Of a stretch of 64,000 nt of DNA, positions 60,301 to 64,000 are shown piece by piece. This stretch comes from Setoptus koraiensis. Its lineage: Eukaryota; Animalia; Arthropoda. Positions within the stretch are counted from its first letter, which is position 1; each line of letters begins with the position of its first letter. The notes beneath the pieces are model-generated. The model did not search any database. It was not told the origin of the DNA and worked only from the letters and a program-made list of their open reading frames with translations. The stretch is from NCBI GenBank assembly GCA_048013815.1, contig CM106586.1, forward strand, positions 12,276,001 through 12,340,000. The letters run 5' to 3'. Position numbers and translations under genes: made by a program.

Positions 60301-63300
60301 CGCAACACGGTCGATATATCGACTCGATTGTTGTTGTTGTCGCTGTTGCTGTTGTTGTTGTTGCTGTTGTCGCTGCTCGGTGCGCTGGCCACCCCAACAA
60401 CCCATTCCCATGCACTTGTTTTGCCTATCGACAGCGCCGTTTTCCCAACACATACTGTCAATCTTGGCGGCCGTTATTCGTCGTCGCTCGTCGTCGTCGT
60501 CGTCATTATTATTCATACCGCTGGCAAGCTCATGCACGCTCCTATTACACATCAAACTAATTGGCTCTGGCTGCACTGGCGCCGCTGCCGCCGAGTTTAA
60601 ATCGCAATTTGAGCGATTTAAACTCTCCATCTTTGTTTCACTGCAACACAACAGCGACCCAACAATCGGCCGGCCGCAATTGCCGCCCGATGTTGCTGCA
60701 CTTTCGTTTGAACTTGGTATCGATGCCATCATCGATTGCCGCCGCTGTCGAGCCAGAAAATTGTTGTTGTTGCTGCTGTTGTTGTCGGCCGGCGTCACTT
60801 TACATAATTGTTGCTGCACACTCGACTGCCGCGAAACTGGAACAACACCGACAGCGCCATTACATAATAGACAATGGGCGCCTGGCCGTCGATCTTCAAA
60901 ATCATTTTTATAATCTTGCTCACTGTTGCTGTTGCTGTTTGACGGCTGCACCAGCAACAGCAACTGCAACTGTTGCTGTTTGGCGCCATCGTCTGTGAGC
61001 TGTCGTGATGCAACCCGCTCATGCTGCAACCCGGCCGCCGCAAACCGGCGCCGCGGCCCGTTATCGGGCCGGCGTCTCACCTGATTTTGTATTGTGTCTC
61101 GTGTGTTTTGTATTGTGTCTCGTGTGTCTTGTATTGTGTCTTGTGTACTTTGTATTGCATTGACGGCGGCCCGATCACCTGACACAGCCAAGCTAATAGA
61201 GCTCGGACAATCGCCGGACACTTGGTTGTCGTTTGTTGCGTTTGCTTCGTGGTGCCCACTTAGCCGCTCACAACAATGGCCGGCCCAACTGGAGCCATGA
61301 TCGCCCGATTCACTGTCGCTGGCGCTGTCGTTGTTACGCAACAACAATAGATGCAACAACAGCGCCGACGACGACGACTCACATAAATCTCGATAGGCAC
61401 AATCATTATCATTGTCATTGTTAGCGCTGCCACTTTCACAATCCGGCCGCCGTTGCCGTTGCTGTCGCTGTTGCCGCTGTCGACTAGAATTGACACAATT
61501 TGAGCATATGATTAGCATCACTGTTCCGCCATTATCACCGCTTCTCAGAGGCCCGTCGTTGGCGAGCGTTGCGCAACATGATACAATTGGCTCTCGGCTG
61601 CCACTGCCGCTAAAGCTATTTCCATTGTTCGCCGCTGCAGCCGCACTAATTGCCATGTTGCCGCCACAATTTCCACCTGTTGCCAATCCCAATTTGCAAG
61701 CGTCTAAGTGGAAATAATCATCGCTGGCAGCTTGTGTCTTGCCGGTGAGCCGGCGATTTGCGCCACCATTTTGCATATCGCCGGCCGCCGTCGCATTGTT
61801 GCGCCAAATCGTGTTGTTGTCGCCGTTGTCGTTGTTGTCGCCGTTGTCGTTGTTGTCGCCGTGTGAACTATGCGAGGCGACGGCCCCGACCGGCGCTGGC
61901 TGACCACCGCAGTTGTAGCTCGAATTTCGCCTATTTTTCGCCAGCGCTGAGCCCAACGCCGACCAGCATGTTGCGCAACAGCCCAATCGGACAAAACCGT
62001 TCCTCATCGCCGGCCAATCATCACTATTGTTTATGCGCAACTGCCGATTATCGCTGACAAACCGATGACCGGTGACCTTTGTTTCGGCTGTCATTGCACA
62101 GGCTGACTTGCCAGGTATTTTGGGGTATTTCATCGGGTGCGCATCATTTGTAGTTCTCACTAACGCCAACAGGTTTCTCAGTAACGTGTCGCTGTCTATG
62201 GGCGCTGCATTTGCGTGCCGTTGCCACTCATTGTTGGTGGGCGCCGCTGATCCACTTCCGGTTCTTCCATTGTTCTGTTCATGCCGCCGCCGCTGGTCTC
62301 CGATACTGCTGCCCATCATCACTCTGACCGCAACACCCAACGGGCCCACGATGGAGCAACAAGGTGATTTTGTTGTCGTTTTATGAATCATCGAGTCAGC
62401 TGACAGTTTGTTGCATGTATTTGTTGTATCTCGGGCGACACAACCCGACGCAGCCGGCGTGTGACATCGCCCCGATAATGAGCTGACGTTGCTAATTGAT
62501 TTACACTTTCGCAACAGCGCCATCTGACAGTTGGTGGGCAATTTAGAGTGACAGTTGTCACTGTCAACACTGTCATTTGTGAGATCAGCTGTGTGTGGTT
62601 GTTTTATCACATCGTCACTGTCGTTGCCTCGCATTGATGAGTCCGAAATGAGCCAACGCAATTGACTTTCCAAATTCCAATTAATGTCAGCGGCGTTGTT
62701 GTTGTTGTTGTTGTGGCTGTAGTTGGCACCGTTCGCCTGTCGCTGTCGCTGTTGTTGGCGTCTACAATCGGACGACGACGACGACGACACGGACGATAAC
62801 GAGCGGCGCATAATTCTCTTGGCGCTGTCACAGTGATTGTCGTTGTTGTTGTTGTGGTCAGTTGTTGTGTCGCTGTTTGTGCGGGGCAACAATTGATCAT
62901 TTGTCGTCAAGTGGCCATTGTTTGTGGCGCTGTCCACTGCTCCGCTGGCCGCAGTAACAAATACCTGAGCGCTATGATAGCAGTGTGACAATGACAAATG
63001 TTGTGTGTGGTGACGCCGATCATTATTATCATCTAACAGGTTGTTGCGCGCCGTCACTCTTTGCTGCGGTCTCACTAGTGGTGGTTGCTGTTGTTGCTGC
63101 TGTTGTTGTTGTTGCTGTTGTTGCTGCTGCGGATGATGCTGCTTGCTAGAGATAACGGGCGACCAACACGAGGTTGGAGAACTAGAGGAGCCCGACGAAA
63201 AGGCCGAATCGTCCGCTCCAAAGTCGGCCATTTGAACCGGAAGCTGCCGATGCGAGCTTGCGGTTGTCGTTGTGTTTGTGTTTGATGTGATTGCATGTGT

Positions 63301-63525
63301 CGCTGTGGTTGTGGTTGTCGGCGTCATTGGTGATAATAATGTTGTTTCCTGTCTTTGTTGTTGCTGTTGTCTGTGCTGATGCTGCTGGCACAGTTGATTT
63401 GAATCGGTGTCCGTTTTGCACACACAGTTATCATTATTGTTAGCGCCTGTTGCATTTCTCACTAGTTGTCTTGCCGGAAATAGACGCTCGGTGGCGCTTT
63501 TTCTAGTTGTCGACTGCTGCATCAT
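57366..63525 (-). CDS. FAM110: FAM110-family protein, greatly expanded (~1817 aa); exons 63525-58448 and 57741-57366
   Basis: N-terminal RKSATERL (FAM110 SAVERL motif) and C-terminal SIVEKNARIIKWLHGCK (FAM110 ERNARIIKWLY motif). Donor AG|GTAATT at 58447 and acceptor CACAG at 57742 are phase-compatible; the spliced 5454 nt is in frame. Confidence 0.78.
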
Positions 63526-64000
63526 GATGATTTATCAATGTAACAAGTGTTTGTAAAACGCCTCCAAGTGTGGCTGTTGCGTTGAATTGTGCCGTTCGCT
63601 TGAGTTCAGTTGTGTCCCACTCGATGCATGATAATTGTTGCTGCACCAAACAATTGTTATCGTCTCGCTGCGATCGGCTGTCCGGCCGATCCGCTCGATC
63701 TGGCTGACGTAATATATATGTGTGTGTGTGTGATGTACGCGTTGTATAGGCGGCGCTGCGATTTGATTCGAGGTGGCAAAAAGACAAGTTATACAGTTAT
63801 ATAAGTTATACAGTTTTACAGTTACAAGTTGCACAGGTATAAGTTATGAGCGCAGGGTGGCGCGTAATTGGACGCGCCGTAAATTTGAGATTTGAAAAGT
63901 TTGAAATTGAATGAGCACAAAGGGGGGATTAGCGCCAATCACCATAATATGGTGCCATATAGCACCACACTGCACCACCGCGCACCACACTGCACCACAC

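Noticed and set aside
48388-63421. Long antisense or alternative-frame ORFs such as 51739-53190 (483 aa), 53974-54792 and 59408-59992
   Set aside because: Stop-poor shadows of the CAA-rich LLTP and FAM110 coding strands, giving poly-Leu/Val/Cys.
1-64000. tRNA, rRNA, transposase or reverse-transcriptase genes, and horizontally transferred bacterial genes
   Set aside because: No cloverleaf/T-loop contexts, rRNA motifs, DDE/RT motifs or bacterial-type genes were recognised by eye; a tRNAscan-SE/Rfam/RepeatModeler run would be needed to exclude divergent ones.

Overview
Eukaryotic animal nuclear DNA with GT-AG introns, arthropod-type genes and no prokaryotic features. The extreme compactness, intron-poor genes and (CAA)n-derived polyQ/N/T tracts suggest an acariform mite, plausibly an eriophyoid gall mite; this is inference only. 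The window has three parts. (1) 1-~19.8 kb: a roughly GC-balanced, microsatellite-rich domain holding one long, 3'-partial Tartan/Capricious-like LRR transmembrane ORF (minus, 3342 to <1; missed by the ORF track because it runs off the edge) and ~16 kb of non-coding DNA full of short tandem duplications, palindromes and GGGCCC hexamers. (2) ~20-45.6 kb: an AT-rich, gene-dense housekeeping block with 0-2 introns of ~95-125 nt per gene: RPE, SEL1L, BCS1L, RPL35A, a hypothetical ORF cut by a probable assembly artefact, POLD2, a 94-aa secreted orphan, FKBP6/shutdown, WASHC5/strumpellin, BORA, KYAT3-like and CTU1. (3) ~47-64 kb: a ~3075-aa large-lipid-transfer-protein (vitellogenin/apolipophorin superfamily) gene that appears to lack the N-terminal beta-barrel and the vWD domain and carries polyQ-plus-dibasic linkers. 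It converges on a ~1817-aa FAM110-like gene, with a near-perfect 48-bp palindrome between the two stop codons. All identifications come from motif recognition by eye; no database search was run.
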